Origin: a virus
Virus record (IMG/VR): IMGVR_UViG_3300048091_000427
Reading direction: 5' to 3' (one strand)
Length of the DNA stretch: 64,000 bases
The notes beneath the pieces were generated by a model. The model was not told the DNA's origin. It made no database searches and saw only the letters and a list, made by a program, of their open reading frames with translations. Positions 10,201 through 19,406 of this stretch are shown here, one piece after another; the stretch's first letter is position 1; every line of letters begins with the position of its first letter. The translations under genes were made by a program, and so were the position numbers.

Positions 10201-10926
10201 CTAATCCTTTCGCGACTTTCTGGGGTGTACGCCCTGGCGAAAACTGTGTTCATCGAAGCCGTGCGCAACGATGCGGTCTTTATCCTGGAGCTCGATCATC
10301 GGGCTGCTTGGAGCGCCCAATACCCCAGAGATGAACATCGAGATTTCCTGGAAGGCCTCCACTGCGCCAACCACCCGTTGGAATTCGAAATCTTTCAGGC
10401 ATGGGTTAATGATCGCACGGCCCGGCGAATAGACGAACGTGGCCATCTGATGCTTGGTGAACAGGTCAACGTCGTCGAAACTGCGTATGTGTTTATCGTC
10501 AAACCAGTCTTTGATGGTTTTCAGGGAGCCGTCACGCAGAAACCGTTGCACCAGCTCGATGTCAAGCAGGCGCTCTGGGACGTCTTTCAAGCGCCACATC
10601 AGGCAGTCCGTCATAGCGATGTCACGGTATTGCGTTTGATGCAGGTTGCCGGTCTTGGTATCGATATGGGTGAGCAGTCCCTGGTAGACCTTGCCGCAAA
10701 ATCCGATGTAGATCGAGCAGACCTTGGAGCTGCGACGAGTAATATCGCCTTTGAGGTCTTCAAAGCGACGCAGGGACTTCTCGATGTCCGCAACTACTTG
10801 GGCATCGTCGCCGGACTTGGCGTAGTAGTCCAGCTCACGCCGGGTGCGATTGAACACCACGGTGTTATCGATACCGAAACCAACGCTGGAGTCGTAGTAA
10901 TCCCGGAACGGGCTATTAATCCGCAT
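10201..10926 (-). CDS. hypothetical protein (241 aa)
   Basis: Long ORF, no recognised motif. Confidence 0.45.
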   Translation of the reverse strand: MRINSPFRDYYDSSVGFGIDNTVVFNRTRRELDYYAKSGDDAQVVADIEKSLRRFEDLKGDITRRSSKVCSIYIGFCGKVYQGLLTHIDTKTGNLHQTQYRDIAMTDCLMWRLKDVPERLLDIELVQRFLRDGSLKTIKDWFDDKHIRSFDDVDLFTKHQMATFVYSPGRAIINPCLKDFEFQRVVGAVEAFQEISMFISGVLGAPSSPMIELQDKDRIVAHGFDEHSFRQGVHPRKSRKD

Positions 10927-10932
10927 GACACC

Positions 10933-11217
10933 TCACTTGAGGATGAGAAAATTGAACTGGCCAGCGGTGAAACCGATCACCAAGCCGCACATCAGTCCTG
11001 AGACCTTGCTGGTTTTGGGGATCAGGTCGAAGGTGGCGCAGGTTAAGCCAACGATGCCGACCACAAACCAGGCAATCGGCATGGGAAAAAGTTTGTTCAG
11101 GATCAGCATGAGGATCAGGGTGCCGGCCAACAGCACCATGGTTTCGACCATGTCCGGCTTGTGCACCTGAAGCCCGAATACGACGGAGTGCAATTCTTTT
11201 TGCTTGAATAGGGGCAT
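10933..11217 (-). CDS. small integral membrane protein
   Basis: Two to three hydrophobic helices; start chosen at MPLFKQ. Confidence 0.35.
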   Translation of the reverse strand: MPLFKQKELHSVVFGLQVHKPDMVETMVLLAGTLILMLILNKLFPMPIAWFVVGIVGLTCATFDLIPKTSKVSGLMCGLVIGFTAGQFNFLILK

Positions 11218-11392
11218 ACGGCGCGATCTTATTGTCGGAATGTGAAAAACCGCACCGAAGTGCGGTAAGTGCGGTCTCACCCTACGCCGATGTCCAACCA
11301 TCGCCGGGGTACCATCACCATCTCTTGCGGTTGGACGCAGATGGGTCAGCGCGCACTGCCACTCTAAGCGAACAGCTCAGCCTCAACAAGCC

Positions 11393-11791
11393 CTAAACGC
11401 GTTGCATGCCCTTCAGAAAACGTTCAGGCGCCTTACCCCAGAACTGTTTCGTGCGCAGGTCGCGGTACAACACCAATACAGGGTGTTTCCCATCGGCCAT
11501 GCCCTCGTTGGCGAGCCCTATGCAGTAATAGTCATTACCGTTTTCGTGGTGCCAGGCGGTATCGGGTTCGATGGGGCGGTGCTCGTCGATCCGGGGTGGC
11601 GAAATGGCTGGGTCGGTGACCACATCCGTCGCAGGATCGACAGCCAGCAGGGCGCCTGTTTGGCGGTGCTGGAGGACAAGGAGTAGTGGATAGGCCGAAC
11701 GCGACGCGGCGTCGGCCTCTTCATTGATCAGCCCGAGCGTGAAGTAACGTTCGGGACACAGCGACTTAGCGTTCGTTTGAGACATCAGCAT
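11393..11791 (-). CDS. hypothetical protein (~133 aa)
   Basis: C-terminal part of 229-aa ORF in frame from MLMSQTNAK; overlaps stop of next gene by 26 nt. Confidence 0.35.
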   Translation of the reverse strand: MLMSQTNAKSLCPERYFTLGLINEEADAASRSAYPLLLVLQHRQTGALLAVDPATDVVTDPAISPPRIDEHRPIEPDTAWHHENGNDYYCIGLANEGMADGKHPVLVLYRDLRTKQFWGKAPERFLKGMQRV

Positions 11792-12173
11792 CGGCCTGTC
11801 TGCGTTGTTCGCGACGAATGTCGGCGCCCAGGGAGCTGTTGAAGTCGGCGGCGAGCTGGTTTGCGACGGCCACGAAGTTGGCGTCCTTGCTGCCGGCCAT
11901 GAAGCCTTCACGCTTAGCGACTTTGCGCACGTGCGGTACCAGGAACTCGGAGAGCTTGATTTCCGGGTAGCGGTTGTCGGCGATGATCTTGGAAACGGCG
12001 GCGTGCACCGGCTGGTCGTTGAGGAATTCGTCGTTGGCGAATTCGTAAACGCAGTCGATTTCATCCAGAGCGTCGGAGTCACCGCGCATAACGATGACTT
12101 CCAGGTTGTTTCGAGTGGTTCTCATCGGTTTCATGGACATTCCCCTGAAGTAAGTGATGACCGTTTCATTCAT
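11766..12173 (-). CDS. hypothetical protein (135 aa)
   Basis: ORF with plausible coding composition, no motif. Confidence 0.45.
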   Translation of the reverse strand: MNETVITYFRGMSMKPMRTTRNNLEVIVMRGDSDALDEIDCVYEFANDEFLNDQPVHAAVSKIIADNRYPEIKLSEFLVPHVRKVAKREGFMAGSKDANFVAVANQLAADFNSSLGADIRREQRRQADADVSNER

Positions 12174-12225
12174 CCTAGCAAATGAGTGATTTCAGGGGGA
12201 AGACCGTGATCGCGTCAATTGATGG

Positions 12226-13239
12226 CTAACGTTTAAGGCCTCTGGTCAACCGCTCAGGCTTGTTCCCGTTGTCATAGTTGATCAACTTCTTGACCACCAG
12301 AACCCGCTGCTCATCCATCGTACCAAACTCGCACTCCATCACCGGAATGCCGTCGACCCCGGCAGAAATGACGTCAGGAAAGTCGGTTTTAAGGACGTCC
12401 CCTACCTTCAGATTCATGAACTGTTCGACGGTGAGACCAATGTCGAGCAGTTTCGCCTGGATCTCCACGGAGGTTTCCTTAAGCTCCATGGCCATAAGCT
12501 CTTTCCAGAGGCGCTCTTCCTCGGGGTTGCTCTCGGTCAGCGGCCCGCTGAGCTTGCCGTGTACGGGCTCAACCATGAGGTAGGGAAAGGCAATATTGAA
12601 GTAGGTATCCAGCACGCCCTGAGACTCCAGGCGGAAGGTGGTGTTCACCACGACTTCGTTTGATGAGCTGGTGATGTTGGCAAAGCGGGGCATCATCTCG
12701 GAGCGAACCACACCGATTTCAAGCGGGTAAAGGTCTTTCCAGGCTTCTTGGTAGCTGTTGATGGCGTGATTAAGCAGGCGGCTGATCACGAGATGTTCGG
12801 TGGGCGTGAAATCGCGACCCTCGGTCTTCATGATTTGCTTGCCTTCGCCACCGAAGAGGGTTTCAACCGCCCAGAAGATCAAGGCAGCTGGGAATACGAT
12901 CAACCCATTTCCTCGTAGCGGCTTCATCGCCACGATGTTGAGGTTCGTTGGCGCCGGCATCTTTTGAGAAAATTCGCTGTAGCTTTGGTAATCGACCGAG
13001 ACGACGCTCACGTCAGCTGTGCGACGCAACAAAAGGAACATTGCGGCCCTGAAACTTCGGGCGAAGCGCTCGTTGATGATCTCAAGCGCGTGTAAGTTGT
13101 CGGTGACAACCCGGTGCTGAGTGGCGGCGTTGTAGGGCCTGACACCACCACTATCTGGAGCCGCTTTGGCTTCAGCCTTTGGGCTGTCACCGCCCATGAA
13201 TAGGGCGTCGATCTCGTCCTGTGAGAGCATATTTGTCAT
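12226..13239 (-). CDS. fliM: flagellar motor switch protein FliM homologue (orphan paralogue)
   Basis: N-terminal LSQDEIDALF CheY-binding peptide, LEIINERFAR, MKPLRG, FGGEG, EGRDFTPTE middle (CheC-like) domain and C-terminal FliN/SpoA-like domain; no other flagellar genes nearby. Confidence 0.8.
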   Translation of the reverse strand: MTNMLSQDEIDALFMGGDSPKAEAKAAPDSGGVRPYNAATQHRVVTDNLHALEIINERFARSFRAAMFLLLRRTADVSVVSVDYQSYSEFSQKMPAPTNLNIVAMKPLRGNGLIVFPAALIFWAVETLFGGEGKQIMKTEGRDFTPTEHLVISRLLNHAINSYQEAWKDLYPLEIGVVRSEMMPRFANITSSSNEVVVNTTFRLESQGVLDTYFNIAFPYLMVEPVHGKLSGPLTESNPEEERLWKELMAMELKETSVEIQAKLLDIGLTVEQFMNLKVGDVLKTDFPDVISAGVDGIPVMECEFGTMDEQRVLVVKKLINYDNGNKPERLTRGLKR

Positions 13240-13459
13240 CTTGTTGCACCACCGATAAGGTCAATGTTCCTGTTGGATGCCTGGGCAACCCTCGACAGAC
13301 GCCAGGCAGCCTGAAAACACTCATGTCTTCAAAGGCGCCTATGGATAGCGAGTAGTTACGACAAGCTCCGTAGATCTTCAGTCGGCCACTTTATCGTAAA
13401 GCTTGCGGTGCAGCGACTGTTTTTACATTGTAAGGGCGCCCGGTTGGGCGCCCATCCGA

Positions 13460-14272
13460 CTAGACGCTGAAGGTACTGTATTGCGGATTGAGGTCGGGGC
13501 GACGGTTTAATAATTGCGGGGCTGTTTTGGCTTTGAAGCCAGGCGTCAAACACTGACCCTCGGTGTTCTGATCCAGCGCCGCGAGAGCGACAACCACCTT
13601 GAAGGCCACCCATTGAATCGACAATTCGCGGTCGTCGAGTTCAAGCGCGTTTTCAGTTGGCAAACCCACGATTTCTCGAAATTCGTCGAGCGACTGCGAT
13701 TGCAGGATGGCTGGAAAGTTGTCCTCAACGATCAGCGCTCGTACATAACCACGGTCGATGTCCCGGTAGCAGATACTCACGCAGCGCGCATTATCGCTGG
13801 CTTCATCGGTGATAATGCCAAGGGGCCGCGTCAGGTTGACGTAGTCATAGAAGGGCGCCAGGGAGTAATGCAAGGCCTTGGCATATGGCATGAGTGTCAC
13901 AAGGAATCCAGGCATCTCAACGCCTTCGAACGAATAGCGCTTGGGGGCTGCTACCGTAAAGCTTTCATGGGGGAGAGCAAACCTGCCGGTGGGGATTGAA
14001 ATATCACCCTTGAGCAAGGTATTCAGCGTCGCCGCGTTTTCAGGCACCAGGATATGACTGCCTTGGCGCCGCCAGAAATACTCCTCCGCCATGATTTTGA
14101 AGTCCATGGTTTTCACGAACTCTGGGATCATTTCGAAGGTCTTGGTCAAAACCTCCTTGGTGGACATGCTCTTTGCGTTTTTATCATCGCTGTGTTTCTT
14201 GTACTCATCCACGAGAAAGTCAGTCATTCTCGGGTAGAGGGTGTATTTGGCCTGTTCGTGTTTGGTGGCCAT
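13460..14272 (-). CDS. hypothetical protein (270 aa)
   Basis: Long ORF downstream of FliM-like gene. Confidence 0.45.
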   Translation of the reverse strand: MATKHEQAKYTLYPRMTDFLVDEYKKHSDDKNAKSMSTKEVLTKTFEMIPEFVKTMDFKIMAEEYFWRRQGSHILVPENAATLNTLLKGDISIPTGRFALPHESFTVAAPKRYSFEGVEMPGFLVTLMPYAKALHYSLAPFYDYVNLTRPLGIITDEASDNARCVSICYRDIDRGYVRALIVEDNFPAILQSQSLDEFREIVGLPTENALELDDRELSIQWVAFKVVVALAALDQNTEGQCLTPGFKAKTAPQLLNRRPDLNPQYSTFSV

Positions 14273-14344
14273 GTTTCGTCCTTGTGTTTCATGCGATTTA
14301 TAAGATGTCGATTGCCGCTACTTTGCCATATTTGAAAAGCCCTG

Positions 14345-14375
14345 TCGAAAAATGCAAAAACGGCCCGTAGGCCGT
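14345..14375 (-). terminator. terminator after FtsH-like gene
   Basis: AAAAACGGCCCGTAGGCCGTTTGG hairpin, T-run on minus strand. Confidence 0.6.
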
Positions 14376-14394
14376 TTGGATGCGTGCAGCGTGA

Positions 14395-16419
14395 TCAGGC
14401 GTGTACGACCTGGCCCTCGATCACGGTTGGGCCGTAACCCGCCAGCTGCGCGGGATTAGCCTGGAAGAACTCATCAATGATGACCAGCAATTGAGCATGG
14501 GTCAGCACATAGTCATTGATCAGACGATCCGCGATGATCCACGTCAGATCTTGGTAGCTTTCCAGAAGCTGGATGGCGTGAGAGTACAGGTACGCCGACT
14601 GGTCGTTCATATCCGCCAGGCGGGAAGCCCCTGCATCAACACCAATTTGCTGAAGCTTTTTGTAGCTCAGTTTTGCGCCATTCTGGAACCCGATTTCGTT
14701 GTACATCAGGTCGAGCAAATCAGTGGCACGGGAGATATCGTCACGACCACCGGATGTCACGTTGCCAGAACCGAACATAATTTCTTCGTTGGCCATTCCG
14801 CCATACAGTTCGATGATGGCTTCCTTGTAGTCGTTGAAGCTGCTCAGCGGAACGTCTTTCTGTTTGTTGAGCACAAACCCGAGCGCACCGATCTTCGACA
14901 CGGCCTCGGTGGAAATCTTCAGCGTATCAAGGGTGTCGGGCAGGGTCAGCAGGTTACCTTGGCTTTTGATCAGGGCGTGGTGCATCTTGATGATGAAGTG
15001 CCCGGCCTCGTGGACAGCGATAGTGCGCCGAGCCACATCCATACCCTTGGTAGTAGCCCTGTCAGTCAAGCCGACCGCTTCACGCTCATAGGCACGAATC
15101 AATACGTCCTGGGAGATCTGCACCTTTTCCTGGATCGCGATGAGGCTTGCACGGGTCATCAGGGTGTTGAGGTCAGCCGGGCTCATCCCGCCACTGATCA
15201 TGGCCAGCTGGTTGAGGTTGACGTCATGAGAGATGTTCTTGCTCTCGCATTTGCCGATCAGGCGGTGCAGAAGTTCGAGCCTTTCCTCTTCATTAGGTAG
15301 GCGGAAGTTGATCTTGTGCTGAAAGCGCCGGAGCATCGCTTTGTCCATTGGCGTCTTGGTTTCGTCGAAGTTACTGGCGAGAATCCAGATCACCTTGCCT
15401 GACTTTTTGGAGTTCACGCCATCGGTCATGCTCAGTAGGGCATTGCTGGTATCGTTTTCGGATCTGTGCCTATTCCCCTTGTCACGGGCGCCCAGCAAGC
15501 CTTCGGCCTCGTCCAGGAAAATGATTGCACCGTTCTTATGCTTCTTCGCGCTGTTCAGCAGGCGGCGTAGTGTCTTCGGGCCACCACCCACATACGACGT
15601 CTCAAGTGAGGCGCCAGAAGCGTAATAAAGCGGCATATCAAGGCGTTTGGCGATGCAGCGAACGAGCACCGTCTTACCGCAGCCAGGTGGGCCGGTGAAC
15701 AGCATGTTGTGTGGCTTGACGATCCCGTGCTCTGCAAAGAGCTTCTTGTCGAGGATCATCTGCTCGACCTGCAGAACCTCGGATTTAATGTCGGCCAGGC
15801 CTACAAGGTCATCAAGATCATCCTGGATGTCCTTGGGTTCGGTCATCTCTTGTTTGTTACTGGTCATGGAGCCAGTCAGCCAGACAAACGCACCCACGAA
15901 CAGAAGTACCGAGAGGATGGTACCGAGCAGTGTGTAAGCGTACTTGCCGGCACTCTTGGCCGTTTGTGTGGCTATCAAGGCGTTTGGATCGTGACTCACG
16001 CCCAGCATCTTGCCGACACCGGACAATGAGTTGGTTACCCGGTAGTCAACTTCAGGGTGATCCTTCAGAAACTGGGACAGCACCAGCTCTTCGTACTGGT
16101 TGAAACCATCATAGTTAAGGGAAGGGTAGAGCAGGATCAGCGGGTTTGAGGATCGGCGCATCAAGATCTGACGCTCGCCAAACACTTCACCACTGACAAG
16201 GATGATCTGCTGTACGTCTTTGAGTTTATCCCCCTTCATCTGGAAGATTTCATCAGACGTGTGTACTTCGTACGCGTTGGTAGGCTTTTCGGCAGCACCG
16301 TCCGCAGGAGTTTCGACCACTGGCGCAGGGTAAAAAGTATCGACTGCCACGTAAGCCGACATCCCCAGGACGATGCCGAGGGTGACGCCAAGGAGCAGTT
16401 TTTTCATCAACGGTGACAT
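14395..16419 (-). CDS. FtsH-family membrane AAA+ zinc metalloprotease (accessory paralogue)
   Basis: Two TM helices flanking periplasmic domain, Walker A GPPGCGKT, Walker B IIFLDEAE, SRH region, HEAGH zinc motif. Confidence 0.8.
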   Translation of the reverse strand: MSPLMKKLLLGVTLGIVLGMSAYVAVDTFYPAPVVETPADGAAEKPTNAYEVHTSDEIFQMKGDKLKDVQQIILVSGEVFGERQILMRRSSNPLILLYPSLNYDGFNQYEELVLSQFLKDHPEVDYRVTNSLSGVGKMLGVSHDPNALIATQTAKSAGKYAYTLLGTILSVLLFVGAFVWLTGSMTSNKQEMTEPKDIQDDLDDLVGLADIKSEVLQVEQMILDKKLFAEHGIVKPHNMLFTGPPGCGKTVLVRCIAKRLDMPLYYASGASLETSYVGGGPKTLRRLLNSAKKHKNGAIIFLDEAEGLLGARDKGNRHRSENDTSNALLSMTDGVNSKKSGKVIWILASNFDETKTPMDKAMLRRFQHKINFRLPNEEERLELLHRLIGKCESKNISHDVNLNQLAMISGGMSPADLNTLMTRASLIAIQEKVQISQDVLIRAYEREAVGLTDRATTKGMDVARRTIAVHEAGHFIIKMHHALIKSQGNLLTLPDTLDTLKISTEAVSKIGALGFVLNKQKDVPLSSFNDYKEAIIELYGGMANEEIMFGSGNVTSGGRDDISRATDLLDLMYNEIGFQNGAKLSYKKLQQIGVDAGASRLADMNDQSAYLYSHAIQLLESYQDLTWIIADRLINDYVLTHAQLLVIIDEFFQANPAQLAGYGPTVIEGQVVHA

Positions 16420-16601
16420 AAAACCTCCGGAATGTCGGGGGATTATTTCATCGTTCCATCAATTGTCAATAGATAGTAAACGTTTGAAACCCCTGTTTTT
16501 AAAGGGGTTTCGCGGGGATGAAACAGGTTGACAATTTAACCTTAAAAAGCAGTTCCATTCGCTAGATTGTTTCAGACATACTGAGTGTAGGGGTGATAAA
16601 T

Positions 16602-17453
16602 ATGCATACAAATAGAACATTCCGGCTCGACGATGACGAAGTCAAAGCGGTTTTCGTCGGCCTGCAAGCTCATCGGTTGCATGAAGTCTACGACAACAGC
16701 TCGATGAAAGACCTGCACGAGGTGCTGGTTGACGTTTTCCAGTCTGAAGTCTGGAAAAATCCAAAGTATTACGATCAGCGCAACGTATTCATTGAAACAA
16801 TCAAGGGATTGAACGCTGATCCGGCTGACCACCGTCGGGCTTTCCTGGCGATGGCCGAGGCCGCGAACCCCCACGCCGTGGTGGCTTACATGCGCTTGTT
16901 CGGCGGTAAGGATCGGGTGTTCCTTAAAGACCACTCCGCCTTGATCACCACCGACGAGCTCACACAGATGTTCAGGGACAGGGGTTCGAACATAGCGCCT
17001 GTCAGCCATTTCCTGTGCCGCGCAGCCACTTCCGGGTTGCCGGGGAGCATTCCGCAACTGTGGAAGGCGGTCTCGAAAGCGTATGACCCAAATAACCGAC
17101 TCAAAGAGCGCATGCAGGAAGGCATGTCAGCGTTGGTCAGGCGTTTTGGGCTCAAATCCCTAGGTATCGGAAAGACAGACCAAGACCATGCGCCCTGGGT
17201 GGACAAGTTCTTCAATACTGAACTGGTCGATGTTCAGGAGGTAGCCAGCTCGATCCTCGCCGGCCAGTTGATGAGTCGACGCCTGAGCAAGGAAGACCTG
17301 CTGGAGACACGCCCAGACTTCGTCGGGAAGATGCGCATGGTCAATCAACTGGGCTTTGACATGAAGGACTTTGACGTCAAGCATGTCATCCGCACAGAAG
17401 ACTCGAAGCATCGTGCCTACCAGATGCGCATTGAGGAACAATTGACGCGATAA
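16602..17453 (+). CDS. hypothetical protein
   Basis: ATG 16602 with AGGGGTGA RBS; no motif. Confidence 0.45.
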   Translation: MHTNRTFRLDDDEVKAVFVGLQAHRLHEVYDNSSMKDLHEVLVDVFQSEVWKNPKYYDQRNVFIETIKGLNADPADHRRAFLAMAEAANPHAVVAYMRLFGGKDRVFLKDHSALITTDELTQMFRDRGSNIAPVSHFLCRAATSGLPGSIPQLWKAVSKAYDPNNRLKERMQEGMSALVRRFGLKSLGIGKTDQDHAPWVDKFFNTELVDVQEVASSILAGQLMSRRLSKEDLLETRPDFVGKMRMVNQLGFDMKDFDVKHVIRTEDSKHRAYQMRIEEQLTR

Positions 17454-17504
17454 AACGCCGCGTCAATACTAGCCCCTTTTCAAGCAGTGAAAGGGGCTCG
17501 GCCA

Positions 17505-18422
17505 ATGCGACCAATGCTGAAAAAGACTCTAATGTTGACGAGTCTTCTTTTTGTTATCCATTCTTCGGCCAGTGCCGCCGATGCCGCCAAACCTGCAGAA
17601 ACGCCACCGGATCCGCGAGCCCCGTTTTCTGCGGCCATGTTCCCCCTGATTGAGAAAACCCAGCAGGCTATGGCTGAGTCGATGGCCCCTATCGAATCGC
17701 CGCTGGCGGATGTATTGGTCGATAAGACCAAAAAGCTCCTGGCCGATAAAGTGGTGTATCAGCACCTCGTGGATATGGCGTATGAGCGCAGCAAGATCGA
17801 CGATGTCAGTGAGGAGCCAGAGCACTACGCCAAGCAGGCGTTGGCAGCCTTCAATGCTTCGCTGCGCCTAACGCCGGGTGTGATGGGCCGCGCAGCGTTG
17901 ATGAACAGGGCCAAATTGCTGTCGCAGGTCTCCGACTACTACAGCAAAAACAAACCCTCGATGTGCCGTTACATTCCGGCTGATTTCTCCATGGTTATGT
18001 CAGTCGATTCCCCTTGGGTCGCCGGCGTAGAAGAGGACGTATTTAATCAGGCACTCGACGACGAGACCGATGCGATCAAGCGCATGCTGGCCGGCACGCT
18101 GCCATACGGTGTGAATGATTCCGACGCCCAGATGGTCTTCGCGAAATTCGCTGGGGAGTGGCTTGGCGGCCTGGACGCTGACACTCGTTATCGCATCGGC
18201 CTGGCTAAAACGAATGGAAACTATTGCCTGTTGTGGAAGTACATGTTCAAGGATTTCGCGAACATGTCCGAAGCCTACCCTCGCTCCAGCGATAAAGTAC
18301 TGCGCCCCGTACTTACGATGATGAGCCGTGGGTGGTTGGATTCAGGCCTGTGGTCGTACGAAGTCGCCCCTACTCGACCACAATCTTCAGAGGCTGAGCC
18401 AGACGAAGAGGGGGCGCCATAG
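17505..18422 (+). CDS. secreted hypothetical protein
   Basis: Sec signal MRPMLKKTLMLTSLLFVIHSSASA/AD; AAAGGGG RBS. Confidence 0.5.
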   Translation: MRPMLKKTLMLTSLLFVIHSSASAADAAKPAETPPDPRAPFSAAMFPLIEKTQQAMAESMAPIESPLADVLVDKTKKLLADKVVYQHLVDMAYERSKIDDVSEEPEHYAKQALAAFNASLRLTPGVMGRAALMNRAKLLSQVSDYYSKNKPSMCRYIPADFSMVMSVDSPWVAGVEEDVFNQALDDETDAIKRMLAGTLPYGVNDSDAQMVFAKFAGEWLGGLDADTRYRIGLAKTNGNYCLLWKYMFKDFANMSEAYPRSSDKVLRPVLTMMSRGWLDSGLWSYEVAPTRPQSSEAEPDEEGAP

Positions 18423-18481
18423 GCGCAGTTGTGAGGGCCGCTACGCCTATGCTGTAATGAAAAGAAAAGTGGAGAATTGTC

Positions 18482-19066
18482 ATGAGCACTTCCGCAGAAC
18501 CATCACCTTCTAGCCTGGACACCGTGGGCGCAGCCGCCACTCCAAGCGTGCCAAGCCCAACCCCTGCCGCTGTCAAAGCCGGCCTGGATGGGGATCCGCT
18601 GGCCGATGAAATGAACAACGCTCACGATGCGCTCACGGCAGCAGCAAAAGATATCGCTCCGGATGACGACAACAATCCCCCTGACCCTGAAAAAGAGGCG
18701 AAGGCTTTGGATACGGCCCAGAGAGAATCTGATCGTCTACGTGACTACATGATGCGCCAGAATGGGCCCATGAAAATGACGGTTCCTATTGTTGAAGAGG
18801 CGATCAAGGCATTCATGAAGTTGCTGAAGGATATCTATAATCTTCTCAGGGGGAAGAAAAGTGATCCTTCGCTCTCGTCCGACAGTCCTGGGTTGATCGC
18901 CAAGCGTGACTCAGTGTGCAAGTCCATTGAGGATACTCAAGACGTGGTGCAGGGTGCTCAAAACGAAGCGTCCAAAATCAAGCAAGCCGAACTCGACAAG
19001 TCCGACATCGAGAACGACGGGCCGTCGCCAGACTCCCCTGGTGCAAAAGCCATGGCGCCGAAGTAA
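18482..19066 (+). CDS. hypothetical protein, Pro/Ala-rich N-terminus
   Basis: ORF followed by rho-independent terminator at 19081-19105. Confidence 0.45.
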   Translation: MSTSAEPSPSSLDTVGAAATPSVPSPTPAAVKAGLDGDPLADEMNNAHDALTAAAKDIAPDDDNNPPDPEKEAKALDTAQRESDRLRDYMMRQNGPMKMTVPIVEEAIKAFMKLLKDIYNLLRGKKSDPSLSSDSPGLIAKRDSVCKSIEDTQDVVQGAQNEASKIKQAELDKSDIENDGPSPDSPGAKAMAPK

Positions 19067-19080
19067 CCTCCGTACAAAAC

Positions 19081-19105
19081 GGCCCCCCGAGTGGGGGCTT
19101 TTTCA
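19081..19105 (+). terminator. rho-independent terminator
   Basis: GGCCCCCCGAGTGGGGGCTTTTTCATTTT. Confidence 0.7.
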
Positions 19106-19136
19106 TTTTCGTTGAAAGTTGAGTTAGGTGGTTAGC

Positions 19137-19397
19137 ATGCTGGTGTTGATTCTTGAATGGTCGGGTACCTTCACCGGCATTGCCGGTGCCTTGCTGGTGG
19201 CTAGTAATACGCGCCACAGCGCCTGGGGCTGGGTCAGCTTCCTGATCAGCAGTTCGTGCATAGCGGGCTTTGCCTGGCTCACTCAAGCCGACGGGCTGTT
19301 GCTCCTGGAAAGCTGCTTTATTCTGACCAACCTGCTTGGCTTGTGGCGCTGGTTGCTGAAACCGTATATTGGTAGGAGGAAGGGCCAACAACAGTAA
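19137..19397 (+). CDS. small membrane protein
   Basis: Three hydrophobic segments; RBS TAGGTGG; stop overlaps region upstream of next gene. Confidence 0.35.
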   Translation: MLVLILEWSGTFTGIAGALLVASNTRHSAWGWVSFLISSSCIAGFAWLTQADGLLLLESCFILTNLLGLWRWLLKPYIGRRKGQQQ

Positions 19398-19406
19398 GGC
19401 TGCACC

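Noticed and set aside
14401-15300. 299-aa + strand ORF antisense to FtsH-like gene
   Set aside because: Shadow ORF; the minus-strand gene has complete AAA+/HEAGH motifs
16487-16512. Hairpin AAACCCCTGTTTTTAAAGGGGTTT upstream of FtsH-like and 16602 genes as a terminator
   Set aside because: Not positioned after any gene end on either strand; more likely incidental or regulatory stem
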